DNA of 64,000 nt from Clostridium sp. (GTDB lineage: Bacteria; Bacillota_I; Bacilli_A; Acholeplasmatales; Anaeroplasmataceae), in assembly GCA_022010015.1 (NCBI GenBank), contig CP091735.1, positions 739,004-803,003 on the forward strand. Direction: 5' to 3'. A program made the position numbers and the translations under genes. Below are positions 21,918 to 33,933 of this stretch, piece by piece. How positions within the stretch are numbered: the stretch's first letter is position 1; every line of letters starts with the position of its first letter. The notes beneath the pieces are model-generated. The model saw only the letters and a program-made list of their open reading frames with translations, ran no database searches and had not been told where the DNA came from.

Positions 21918-24297
21918 ATGGAAGAAAAAGTATATTCTTTAAATGAACTACCTATTGGTTCATCAGCTACAATTATCACTGTTAATGGTAGTGGTGCATT
22001 AAGACAACATTTCTTAGATATGGGCTTAATTCCAGGAGCTGTTGTTACCTTGGAGAAGCTTGCTCCTATGGGTGATCCTATGGAGCTTAGAATTCATGGC
22101 TATGAGCTTACTCTAAGAGTAGATGACGCTAAAAATATTGGCATATCTAAGCCATTTATTTTAAAAGAAGAGCCTAAGGAAAATATTAAAATTGATAATC
22201 AAGACCACCCAGGACTTGGTGAAGGTGGAAGGTATCATCTAAAGGAAAATGAAAATCCTTTGGCTAAGGATAAGGTTTTAAAGTTTGCATTAGTTGGTAA
22301 TCAAAATTGTGGTAAGACTACTTTGTTTAATTGTTTAACTGGTGAGAATCAGCATGTTGGTAATTTCCCAGGTGTTACTGTTGATAAAAAGGATGGTAGA
22401 ATAAAGAATTATGAAAATACCATTGTTACGGATTTGCCTGGTATTTATTCCTTGTCTCCATATAGCGATGAAGAAATTGTTTCAAGAAAATTTATTTTAG
22501 AGTCTAAGCCTAAGGCTATTATTAATATTGTTGATGCGACAAATATTGAGAGAAATCTTTATTTGACTCTTCAATTAATGGAGCTTGATATACCAATGAC
22601 TTTAGCTTTGAATATGATGGATGAGCTAACAGGCAATGGTGGTTATATTGATGTTAATAGAATGGAGGAAATGCTTGGTATACCAGTAGTACCAATTAGT
22701 GCTAAAAAGAATGAGGGTGTATCAGAGCTTGTTAGTCATAGTGTTCACGTTGCCTATTATCAGGAGAAGCCTATGGTTAATGATTTTTGTGATGAATTTG
22801 ATCATAATGGTGCTGTCCATCGTGCTATTCATGGTATAATGTATTTAATTGAGGATCATGCTAAGGCCGCAGGTATTCCTTTAAGATTTGCTTCGACTAA
22901 GGTTATTGAAGGGGATAAGATTGTTATTGAGGCTTTAAAGCTAAGCCAAAATGAACAAGAAATGATTGAGCATATTGTTGTTCAAATGGAGGATGAGCGT
23001 GGTCTTGATCGTAGTGCTGCTATTGCTGATATGAGATATCACTATATTGAAAAGGTATGTGATTTATGCGTTATAAAGCCTCATGAGTCAAAGGAGCATG
23101 TAAGAAGTAAGAAAATTGATAAAATATTAACTGGTAAATATACTGCTATCCCAATGTTTATATTAATATTAGGCCTTGTTTTCTTTTTGACATTCAATGT
23201 AATTGGTAAATGCCTACAGGATTTATTAAGCCTTGGTGTTGATAGCTTAACTAAGGTGATTGCAAGCTCATTTATTAAATGGAATGTTGAACCAGTAATT
23301 AATTCGTTAGTTGTTGATGGTATTTTAACAGGAATTGGTAGTGTTATATCATTTATGCCTATTATTATTGTTTTATTCTTTTTTTCTTATCTATTTTTAG
23401 AGGATTCTGGGTATATGGCTCGTGTTGCCTTTGTAATGGACAAGCTTTTAAGAAAGATTGGTTTATCTGGTAAATCAATTGTTCCACTTTTAATGGGCTT
23501 TGGTTGTACTGTTCCTGGTGTTATGTCAACAAGAACCTTATCGTCTGATCGTGATCGAAAAATGACAATTATGCTAACTCCATTTATGAGCTGCTCTGCT
23601 AAGCTTCCTATTTATAGCTTTTTAGCTTCCTTGTTTTTTAAGCAATATGCTTGGCTAGTGATGATTTCATTATATGTTATTGGTATTTTGATTGGTATTT
23701 TAGTAGCCTTTTATTGCCAAAAAAATTCTTCTCTCCGGGGGGAGCTGTTCCTTTTTGTAAGGGAGCTTCCTAATTATCGTAGGCCAACTATGAAGAATGT
23801 TTTTTTGAGTTATTAAAGGATAAAGTTATTGATTTCTTAAAAAGAGCCTTTTGGTATTATTTTTAATTGCTACTATTGCTATTTGGTTTTTTTACAATCA
23901 TTTAATTTTTAGATTTGAGCTTGTTAGTGATTCTAAGGATAGTATGCTTGCGGTTATTGCTGGTGGAATTGCCCCTATATTTAAGCCTCTTGGCTTTGGC
24001 GATTATCGTATTGTCACAGGTTTAATTTCTGGTGTTCTTGCTAAAGAAGGTGTTGTTTCAACATTAATGGTTTTATTTGGTAGTAAGGATGCAATACTTG
24101 CCTTTATTAATCCTTATGGTGCCTTCTGCTTATTAATATTTTGTTTATTATATACACCATGTGTTGCTGCTCTTGCCTCAATTAAACGTGAGCTTGGTCG
24201 CAAATATATGTTCTTTACAGTCTTTTTCCAATTAGGAATTGCTTATATATTTGCAGGAATCTTTAGCTTGATTTTTCATATAATAGGAGTAATGTAG
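21918..24297 (+). CDS. feoB: Ferrous iron transporter FeoA-FeoB fusion (frameshifted near 23700-23850)
   Basis: FeoA-like N-terminus (LPIGSSATIITVNG...ELRIHGYELTLR), G-domain (LVGNQNCGKTTLFN, DLPGIYSL, NMMDE) and polytopic C-terminus continuing in ORF 23851-24297. Confidence 0.9.
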
Positions 24298-24436
24298 ATG
24301 AATTTAGCATCATGGATTATTTTTAAGTATTATTTTAGTAATTGTAATTATTGCCATAATAATTATAATTAAAAAAACGAAGGAAAAATGCTCCTGCTGT
24401 AATAAGAATTGTAGCTGTTGTAAAAAGAATAAATAA
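24298..24436 (+). CDS. FeoB-associated Cys-rich small membrane protein (frameshifted)
   Basis: The start is adjacent to the feoB stop. A hydrophobic N-terminus is followed by the tail ..GKCSCCNKNCSCCKKNK. Confidence 0.55.
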
Positions 24437-24569
24437 GGATTGAGTTTATTAACTTAGGAGAAAAAAAGTTAATACTATCATACAAAATTTAATTATATTT
24501 AGGATTATCTTGGTGAATATTTTTCATTATATTCGTCAAACTATTAGTAAATAGAAATTAAAAAAATTC

Positions 24570-24812
24570 CAAGAAATAAAATTGTTATAGCCTCTAAGGT
24601 ATATTTTAATGAAGGTAAGCTTGGTGGTGAAGCAATTAAAAGAGAAATAGAAAAAGACTCTAAATAATTTACAAATTGACTATTTAGAATTCATCGATTT
24701 GATTATGATACTCCCATTGAGGAGACAATGAGAGCCTTAAATGATCTTGTTATTAGTGGTAAGGTTAGAGCTATTGGTGCTTCAGCAATGTATGTCTATC
24801 AATATTTGGAGT
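24570..24812 (+). pseudogene. Aldo/keto reductase internal fragment
   Basis: ..IASKVYFNEGKLGGEAIKREIEKD...[38 protein letters not shown] matches the AKR core. Both ends are missing. It abuts the next fragment directly. Confidence 0.65.
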
Positions 24813-25270
24813 TACTTTAGCTCAAACACCTTCAATTCCAATAGGAAGCATTAGGAAGGTAAGAATGTTTCCATTAGATTTTGAGGAGTTCTTATATGCA
24901 AATGGAGTAAATGAATTTGCTATAGAAATAATGAAAAGAAAGTATTTAAATTATGAATGTTTAGATGAAGCAACGCATAATAAAATTATGAATTTATTTA
25001 AAAAAATATTTAATTGTTGGTGGCCTACCAGATGCCGTTAATTGCTTCATAGCAGAAAAAGAATGTTCAAAAAAATTAGAGAGATTCAAAGTAAAATTCA
25101 TGAGTATTATGCTGCTGATGCAGCAAAATATGATAAGCAAAAATAAGCTTAAAATAACGAAAATTTATGACCTTGTTCCTTCCAATATGGAAAATAAAAA
25201 AAGAAACGAGTTATTGTAAAGGATATTAAATCAAAAAAAGTGAAAGACTTTTTAATGATTATAATGATGA
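24813..25270 (+). pseudogene. AAA+ ATPase (DUF4143-type) C-terminal fragment
   Basis: ..[31 protein letters not shown]....YLIVGGLPDAVNCFI....KITKIYDLVPSNMENKK.. Paralogous to 20126-20500 and 60752-62125. Confidence 0.55.
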
Positions 25271-25489
25271 ATATAACATAAATTTTTGGTTATGTATTTT
25301 TCTAATGAAAGAACGATTAAAAGAAAAAGAAAAAAACAATATATTTACCAATATATTATGTAATGTTTTTTTATAGATTGATTAAATGTAGGGAATTTCT
25401 AATATTTTAGGAATTTCTTCTTTTTTTATTTAAAAAGTAATACTATCATCAATTAAATAGATATTTTTAAATTTTTTTATTTAATGCAA

Positions 25490-25640
25490 ATATTTCTATT
25501 GGTGGTGATTCTGATACTCTAACTGCCATAAGTATGGCTATTGCTGAGGCCTATTATAAGCAAATACCAACTGATTTAATGGCTATTATTTATGAAAAAA
25601 ATTACCATCTGATATGCTTAATATCTTAAAAAAATTGTGA
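25490..25640 (+). pseudogene. ADP-ribosylglycohydrolase C-terminal remnant
   Basis: IGGDSDTLTAISMAIAEAYYKQIP resembles the C-terminal GGD(T/S)DT...G..G.y.G motif of that family. Nothing recognisable lies upstream. Confidence 0.45.
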
Positions 25641-25876
25641 AAAAAAGCTGAAATTATAACTTTTTATGTAAAATTTACAACAAATCTATCTAAAAAAATA
25701 TGATAAAAATAAAAAAAGTAAATAAAAAAATGATTCATATTCTAGTGAGTTCTATAAGCTAATCCCTTTAGTTTTTAAGTTTAAGATATTTATAAACTCA
25801 TTAATAAATACTTTAATTTTTTTCATAATGCTTGTAGGATTCATTAGTGCATGAATTGTTAGAATGGGTGGAAGAA

Positions 25877-26335
25877 ATGAATAAAAAAATTGAATGCGAA
25901 TTTTGTAATGAGGAATTTGAGGTAGAGTTAAAAGATGTGCTTACATCAGCTAACTATGATGTAAAGAAAATTATTAATGGTGAGGTGTTCTTATATGAAT
26001 GTCCTCATTGTCATAAAATGGTTAAGGTAGATCATGCCTTATCATACATTGATAATGACAAGCGTACGCTATTGATTTATAACACAATTCCTGCTCTTTA
26101 TTTTATTAAGGAGAAGGCGAAAAAGGATTTATTTGGCTTTAAGATTAAGGGTGCAAGCAGCTTATATGATTTAAAAACAAAGCTTGTAGCTTTAGTTAAT
26201 AATTTAAATGTTAAGGCTTTAAAAATAAATGAGGTATTCTTAGCTGAATATGCTAAGGATAAAAAGGCCTCTAAATTATGTTTAGGCTATGATGAAAATG
26301 ATAACCTAGCTTATCATTTTTTTATGATGAGCTAG
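25877..26335 (+). CDS. CpXC-domain-like protein
   Basis: Two Cys pairs (CEFCNEEF ... CPHCHKMVKVDHALSYID), followed by the LLIYN pattern typical of CpXC proteins. ATG 25877 lies inside track ORF 25847-26335. Confidence 0.5.
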   Translation: MNKKIECEFCNEEFEVELKDVLTSANYDVKKIINGEVFLYECPHCHKMVKVDHALSYIDNDKRTLLIYNTIPALYFIKEKAKKDLFGFKIKGASSLYDLKTKLVALVNNLNVKALKINEVFLAEYAKDKKASKLCLGYDENDNLAYHFFMMS

Positions 26336-26370
26336 ATAATTATTTATTTTTCTATTCCTTTTTACTAAGG

Positions 26371-26697
26371 ATGCCTATGATAAGATTTTTAAATGATTAT
26401 AAGGATTATTTAGATTATGTAGATGATTATCTATTTGATAATCCTAAGAGATTTATAGAGGCTTGTAAGAATAATTATAATTGGAATAAAAAGCCTAAAT
26501 ATTATGCAGTTGTGGAAATAAATGAAGCCCTTTATTTAGGTAAGCTAATGTGTCCTAAAAAGGCAATTGGTTATGCCAATGTAGTTAATGTAAAAACAGA
26601 TAATGAGATAGTAGAGGGTAATATCTATACAATTACTAGAATTAAGGATATTGACCTACCAAATACCAAGATTTTGAAGGTATACCCTAAAGAATAA
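26371..26697 (+). CDS. Hypothetical protein
   Basis: Intact 108-aa ORF, 35 nt after the previous stop. No family recognised. Confidence 0.35.
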   Translation: MPMIRFLNDYKDYLDYVDDYLFDNPKRFIEACKNNYNWNKKPKYYAVVEINEALYLGKLMCPKKAIGYANVVNVKTDNEIVEGNIYTITRIKDIDLPNTKILKVYPKE

Positions 26698-26955
26698 TAA
26701 AAATGAAATTAGATGAAGCAAAAGATACTATAAAGGATTTGAAAAAGTAAGGCTTAAGTGATTCACAAATACAATATGCTTTTACAAGAATGTATTTAGA
26801 TAACAAATTTACATTTGATCAATATAATGGCATGATTAATTTACTTGGTTATCATTTTTGAAGATGAATTCATTAATATGAGTGATACCAAAAGAAAACA
26901 ATTATTAAAGAAACAATTAAATATAAAATAATTAGGGATTTAGGAGAAAGTTTTT

Positions 26956-27968
26956 ATGAATAAGAGTAAGATTCTTATAATGAAAAAAAGGAATAACAGA
27001 ATCTAATATTGAGTGTATTGTAAATGCAGCAAATGAAGATTTAGCAAATGGTGGTGGAGTATGTGGGGCAATATTTAAGGCTGCAGGTAATGAACTTACT
27101 CTAACTTGTAAACAAATAGGCCATTGTAATACTGGTGAGGCAGTTATTACTAAGGCCTTTAATCTTTCTAAGAATAAATATATTATTCATGCTGTTGGCC
27201 CTATATATGATAAGAATAACATTCAGCAATGTCGAGATGATTTATATAATGCTTATATGAATTCTTTAAAGCTAATGCTAGAAAATAGATGTAGTACAAT
27301 TACTTTTTCCATTAATTTCTAGCGGTATTTATAATTATCCAATTAGAGAAGCGTGGAATGTAGCAATAAAGGCTTGTAATAAATTTATTGATTTACATAA
27401 TGATATTGCTATAAGCATTTATTTTGCAGTGATAAATGATGATATTTATAATCTAGGTAATGATATTTTAAAGAGTGTATTAAAGGAAAAATATGATACT
27501 CCAACATCAAGAATATATGAGGCTGTAGCTTTTTCTTCATAAAATTGGTTATGAAAAGTTAAGGGTTATGTCAAGCATAAGTCCATCTGGGTCTAATTTT
27601 CGAACGGAAATATCAGTTAAAGAAAATTTTGATTCAACTGGATATATTATTAAGGGAGATAAAAAATACCCATCTTATAGAATAAGTGATATTTTTAGAA
27701 GATCATTATTTTGGCTTTTGCAAAAGAAATTGAGAATATGTCAATAGAAGAACTAGCATTGAATATTCTTAATGAAACTCCAAATTTAAAGGAATTAGCA
27801 AAAGGAAAAAGATCCAAAATATGTAAAATGGTTTGAAGAAGTTCTAAAATTATCTAGAAATAAGATTTTTTTCCTTATGGCTTTGATGATGGTGGTTACT
27901 CTCTATATAAGACAAAAAAAGTTAAGCTTACGAATGGTGAATATATTGATTATCCACCAATGGATTAA
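26956..27968 (+). CDS. Macro-domain protein (ADP-ribose binding/hydrolase fold) with uncharacterised C-terminal extension (frameshifted)
   Basis: ECIVNAANEDLANGGGVCGAIFKAAG...GEAVITKAFNLSKNKYIIHAVGPIY...SSGIYNYP is a canonical macro-domain signature. RBS TAGGAGAAAG lies upstream. Confidence 0.8.
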
Positions 27969-28006
27969 AATTTATATAATATATTAATTGGTAGGGAGTT
28001 GAGAAA

Positions 28007-30807
28007 ATGAAAGATACATTTTTTTAACTAATTATAGTAAAACAACATTCTTGGATAAAATTAAAGATTCTTTAAAGAAATGTAATAGCTTTTTCTTTAT
28101 CTGTTAGTTTTTATTAAAAAAAGCAGGCTTAGTATTATTAGAAAGAGAAATGGAAGAAGCATTAGAGCGTGGAGTTAATGGCAGAATTATTACTTCTACT
28201 TATCAAAATTTTTACTGATATTGCTTCTTTAAGAACATTTTTTTAAATTGGATGAATAAATATCCTAATTTTTAAATGTCATATTGATTATAATTGTTTT
28301 TGGAGAAAATGGATTTCACTCAAAAAGGTTATTTATTTGAATATGATAGTTCTTATGAATTTGTTGTTGGTTCTTCTAATATTACAAGATTTGCATTATT
28401 AAAAAAATGTAGAATGGAATGTTTCAATACATTCAAATGATGAAATGGAATCTATTGAAGATGCATATAAAGAATATAATATGCTTTGGAATCAAACTAA
28501 AGAATTAACAAATGAAATAATTAAAAAGCTATTCAATATCTTTGGATTATGCAATTGAAAAGTGGGATATGGATTATTTTAATCCTGAGGTTGAAGGAAT
28601 TAGACCTAATTCAATGCAAAGAAAGGCTTTAAAAGAATTAAGAAGAAATAGAGATTTAGGAGTTAAAAAGAGCCCTTGTAGTTGCTGCTACTGGTTCTGG
28701 TAAAACTTATCTAGCTGCTTTTGATGCTAAAAATTATGATGCTAAGAAATTGTTATTTATTGTTCATAGAGATTCAATTTTAAGAGAAGCGTTAATAACA
28801 TTTCAAAAGGTTTTTGGAGCAGAAAGATCTTATGGTATGTATAATGGTCAAATTAAAGATACTGAAGTTGATTTTTTATTTGCATCAAATACAATGATGT
28901 CAAAGCATTTAAATGAATTTGACCCTAATGAATTTGATTATATTTGTCTTGATGAATGTCATCATGCAAGTGCTTCAAGCTATAAATCAATAATGGATTA
29001 TTTTAAACCAGGATTTATTTTTAGGATTAACTGCAACACCTGAACGTATGGATAATCAAGATGTTTTTGGATTATTTGAAAATAATGTTCCTTTTGAATT
29101 AAGGCTTAGGGACGCTATAATTAATGATTTAGTTGTTCCGTTTCATTATTATGCAATAAGGGATGAGTTTGCTGACTACTCATCTGACAATAAATCTAAG
29201 GTTGCTAAGGAAATTGCTAAAACAATAAATGTTAATTTTATTGTTTCTCAAATTGATAAGCATAAAAAAGAAAATGAAAAGCTTAAATGTATTGCCTTTT
29301 TGTACAAGTATTGATCACGCAAATTTGATGGCTAATGAATTTTGTATGCTTGGCTATGATGCTATTTCACTTACTGGTGGTAATAACTTAGGTGAAAGAG
29401 TTAAGGCGTTTAAGGATTTACAAGATGATAGTAAGTCATTAGAAATTATTTGTACTGTTGATATATTAAATGAAGGTGTTGATATTCCTGCTGTTAATAT
29501 GGTTTTATTTTTAAGACCAACAGAATCATCAACTATTTTCCTTCAACAGCTTGGACGTGGGCTACGTAAATATAACAATAAAGAATATTTAACGGTGTTA
29601 GATTTCATTGGTAATAATTATGATAGATCTATTCAAATTGCTTTAGCTTTAGGAACTTTAGGTAAAACGACTTATACTGAAAAAGCTTATTTAAAAGATT
29701 TAATAAGAACTGATTTTACAAGTCTTCAAATACCTGGTGTAGAAATATTTTTTGATGATTTAGCTAAGACTGATATAATTGCTTATTTAGATAAGGCTAA
29801 TTTCAATAAAAAGGATTTTATGAAGAAGAATTATGAAAACTTCAAAAAGTATTTAAATAAAGAAACATACCCAACACATATGGATTATCTTGATAGTGAA
29901 ATCGCCCCTGATTTAATTCGATTTATCAAATCTAAAATAGGTAATAAGAATAAATCTTATTATTCATTTTTTTAAAGAAAAATTGATGAGCTTGGATTAC
30001 CTCTATTTGATGCCAACCAAATAGAATTTATTGATGATGTTTCAGAATTATTACCACTTGTACGCGATGATGAATATTTAATTATCAATCAATTGTTAAA
30101 TGAAGATTTAGATTTAAATAAGTTTGTTGGTTATAACAATAAAGTGACATTTAATACTTTAAATAATGCTTTTCATATTTTTAAATAAGCAGAATATTAT
30201 TGTTGATAATAAGTTGAATGTTGAAAATATTAATGCTGATTTTTTAAATTACATGGCCGATTTACTTGAATATGGTCTTACAAGATGTGATAATGAATTT
30301 GGTGAATATGATGGTAAGTTTAAGTATTTAGGTAATTATTATAAGGAACAAATTCAAATGGTTAGACTAAAGGATGGCTTAATGTCTGTTAAGGGTACGG
30401 AATTTGAATTAGATACAAGGGAAACCTATTGTTATGTTGGATTAAATAAGGATGTTGGAATTGATGAAAGATTACAGTATAAAAGATAAGTTTATTTCAC
30501 CTATTATCTTTCAATGGGAATCTGAAACTAATACAACTTTAAATAATTCTATTGGTAAAAAAATACTTGAAACAAAAAGTTGTACATTTATTTGTAAGAA
30601 AGATAAAACAAGAAGATGGAATCACTTTACCATTTACTTATTTTTGGTACTGGTAAATTCACAAATATTAGAGAATCATTTACTATGGAGAGTGATAAAA
30701 AGTTATCAACATTACTAACTGATATTGTACTTGATAAAAAGGTTGATCCTGAATATTATTTAGATTTCAACATTCCAGAAGAAAAAAAGAGGAAAAAAAT
30801 AATATGA
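28007..30807 (+). CDS. PLD-like nuclease + SF2 (DEAD/DEAH-type) helicase + DUF3427-like C-terminal domain protein (frameshifted)
   Basis: N-terminal PLD HxK (GFHSKGYLFEY...GSSNIT). Helicase motifs AATGSGKTYLA, LDECHHA, GLTATPER, VDILNEGVDIP and QQLGRGLR. The C-terminal ~300 aa has the ..FQWESE...TYFGTGKF.. pattern I associate with DUF3427. Confidence 0.85.
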
Positions 30808-31200
30808 AGCATTATGAGGTTGTTTGTGCTCTTATTCAAAAATGATGAAAATAAGATTTTTTGTTGCAAAAGAGGCCCTGGCAGAGCATTAGAAGGTAAA
30901 TGGGAATTTCCTGGTGGTAAGGTTGAAGCGCATGAAACACATGAGGAAACAATTGTTAGAGAAATAAAAGAGGAATTAAAAAGCGACTATAAAACCTTTA
31001 GAATATATTGGTAAATCTTATTATGAATATCATAAATTAAGTCCTTATAATGATTTTAGTATTACCTTATATGCCTACAAATGTAGGCTCATAGAAGGTA
31101 GCTTAACTTTAACAGAAACATACAGAAGCAAGATGGACTACTATTGAGGAAATGAAAGAAATGGATTTTTGCTGCAGCAGATAAACCATTTATTAAATAA
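30804..31200 (+). CDS. NUDIX hydrolase (MutT/(d)NTP pyrophosphohydrolase-like), frameshifted
   Basis: Nudix box GKWEFPGGKVEAHETHEETIVREIKEEL. The ATG overlaps the helicase stop (ATGA at 30804-30807). Confidence 0.8.
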
Positions 31201-31700
31201 TTGATTATGATAGATATAATGAAATTTATAATGAAGGTTTTAATTTTTTTATTCCCATGTTGTTATGCATGGTTATATATACAATTACAAAACTATTCAT
31301 TTTAAGGATAATTTATTATTTGTTGGTAATAAAAAATATATAAAAAAATATTATGTCAAAGTGTGATACAACTAAAACTGATTGTATCAAATTATTTATT
31401 TTATATGGCAATTTATTTTTATTTGACAGAATTATTAAAAAGAAAATGTTAACGATAAAAAAACATAACAATCATAAAAAAACTAATAGATATTAATTGG
31501 TTTTTATTTTTTTACTATTGAATTTAATATTTGTCGTTTTGTAAGTGATTTACAAGTTAATTATACTAAAATTCTTTTTAATATTTTTCGAAAATATATC
31601 AAAAATGTAAATTAAGTATTGTTTTGTTCAAATATGTATAAAAAAAGTGATATAATTATACATATTTAAATTTTTTTATAATTTTGGGTGGTATTGTTGT

Positions 31701-33769
31701 ATGAATTTCAAAGATTTTGATATTAAGGTTTCTTATAAAAGTGTTGGTGAACAAACTATTTCATCTATAATTAATCCGTTACTAGGTTGTACAAAATTCT
31801 ATAAAAGAAGCGTTGGATTTTTTAGTTCATCTGCACTTGATTTTTATTTCTGATGGGCTTTTTATCATTAGCAAAAAAATGGTGGTAAGATTTTTTTGGC
31901 AACTTCCCCGCAATTATCTGAAGAAGATATAATTGCAATAAAAAAAATGGTTATTCAAAAACAGAATTATATAAGAATCGATTTATTTCTGAATTTACAA
32001 ATACAATTATCACGTTAGAAGATGATAATTTAGAACTTTTTAAGTGATTTAATTTCTGAGGAAATATTAGATATAAAGATTGTTATGAAACCAAATGGTG
32101 GTATGTATCATGACAAGTTAGCAGTGTTAACAGATTTTGATGATAATGTTGTTGTCTTTACTGGATCAAATAATGAAAGTAGAAATGGATTCAATGATAA
32201 TTATGAAAAAAATCCGCACTTTTAAAAAGTTGGTTTGACTATGAAGGCCATGTACAGGATGAAAGCGAAGAAATTGAAAGCATTTGGAATAATAGTAATG
32301 AATTTTTTTAGAAGTATATGAATTTAATGATGCAATAAAAAAAATTCTATTATTCAAGTAAGAAAATATAATAAGAATAATATAAAAAAAGAAGTTTATA
32401 ATTTACGAGAGTATCAAAAAGAAGCTAGAAATTCATGGGTAAGTAATGGGTATAAAGGATTTTTTGTGATGGCAACTGGAACGGGTAAAACAATTACTGC
32501 TTTATATTCTATTAAAGAGTTACTTGATAAAAAAAGAAGTTTTTTTACAGTTATTGCAGTTCCATATATTCATTTAGTTTCTCAGTGGTACGAAGATGTC
32601 ATTAAAATAATGCCTAATTGTCAAATTATTAAAGCATATAGCGCTATTACTACTTGGGATTCTGATATTATCAATTCTATTTATTATAATAAATATCATG
32701 AACATAAAAAGGAATATTATTGTTATCACAACAATTAAAAAGTTTATCTTTACCTAGATTTGACAATGCTATAAAAACAAATTTCGGTTGAAAAAAACTA
32801 CTGGTTGTTGATGAGGCTCATAATTTTATTAATAAAATTTATGATGATAAATATAAATTTCAATATATGTTAGGTTTAAGTGCAACACCTGTTTTTGGAA
32901 AGGATAAAAGTAAAACTGATGCATTAGTAAATTTTTTTGGTGGCGAGGTATATAGTTTGCCAATAGAAAAGGCTATTGGTAATCATCTTGTCAACTATGA
33001 ATATCATCCATTATATGCATTTCCAACTTTAGAAGAAGAAGAAAAAAATTTAACTATTATTCTAAGAAAATGGCTTCATGTTTTTAAAGATGGTAAATTA
33101 ATTGATAAAGATACTTTTGTAAAAGTTCATAGAGCGAGATTACGTTGTATCTCAATGATTCAGGCGAAAATTGATTATCTTCCTGAGTACATTGACAAAA
33201 TAAATAGGAAAGATCATTTTATAGTTTATTGTTCTGACGGTAAGGTTTTAGATGAAAATAATGAAAAAAAGACAGATACAATATGCTTTAGATATTTTGA
33301 ATGAAAAGGGTTATAAACCATCAAAATTTACAGCTAATGAAAATATGGATGATCGAATAAGGTTGATCAATGATTTTAATAGTGGTTATATTAGTTCGCT
33401 TGTTGCAATTAGATGCTTGGATGAAGGAATAAATATACCATCAATTGAAACGGCTTTGATTTTTATCAAGTAATGATAATTATAGGGAGTTTGTTCAAAG
33501 AAGAGGCCGTATTTTGAGAAAATATGGCAATAAAAAAAATGTGCATATATTTATGATGTTATCGTTTTACCTAGTTTAGATTGTAAGGGGATGGCACAAA
33601 TTGAATTGAGGCGATTTTATGAATATGCAAAGCTTGCTATTAATTCGAAAGAACATTTTGGTTGAGTTAGATACAAATTTATCTAAATATAACTTAAAAA
33701 GAGATGATATTTTTGTTTGATATTGATGAATTTGATGATGATGTTTTTAGGAGGAGAATTATTAGATGA
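31701..33769 (+). CDS. PLD-domain + SF2 helicase restriction-type enzyme (resembles the family annotated as DNA phosphorothioation system restriction enzyme), frameshifted
   Basis: PLD HxK (GGMYHDKLAVLTD...GSNNES). Helicase motifs VMATGTGKT, VVDEAHN, GLSATP, LDEGINIP and VQRRGRILR. It lies directly upstream of, and co-oriented with, the dnd cluster. Confidence 0.7.
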
Positions 33770-33933
33770 TTAGTGAAGATGATAAGAAAAAAATTGTTCA
33801 AAGTACTGTAATTGAAATATTGAAGCTTGAAAAATATGCTTTAAATCAATTATCTAAACCAGCTAAAATTAAAATGATTGAAGATATAACAGCTAAATTT
33901 GAGGAGGAATATTCAAAGTATGAAAATAAGTAA
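33766..33933 (+). CDS. Small hypothetical protein (55 aa)
   Basis: The ATG overlaps the upstream stop and the 3' end overlaps the next ATG (33920), suggesting tight operon packing. No family recognised. Confidence 0.4.
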   Translation: MISEDDKKKIVQSTVIEILKLEKYALNQLSKPAKIKMIEDITAKFEEEYSKYENK

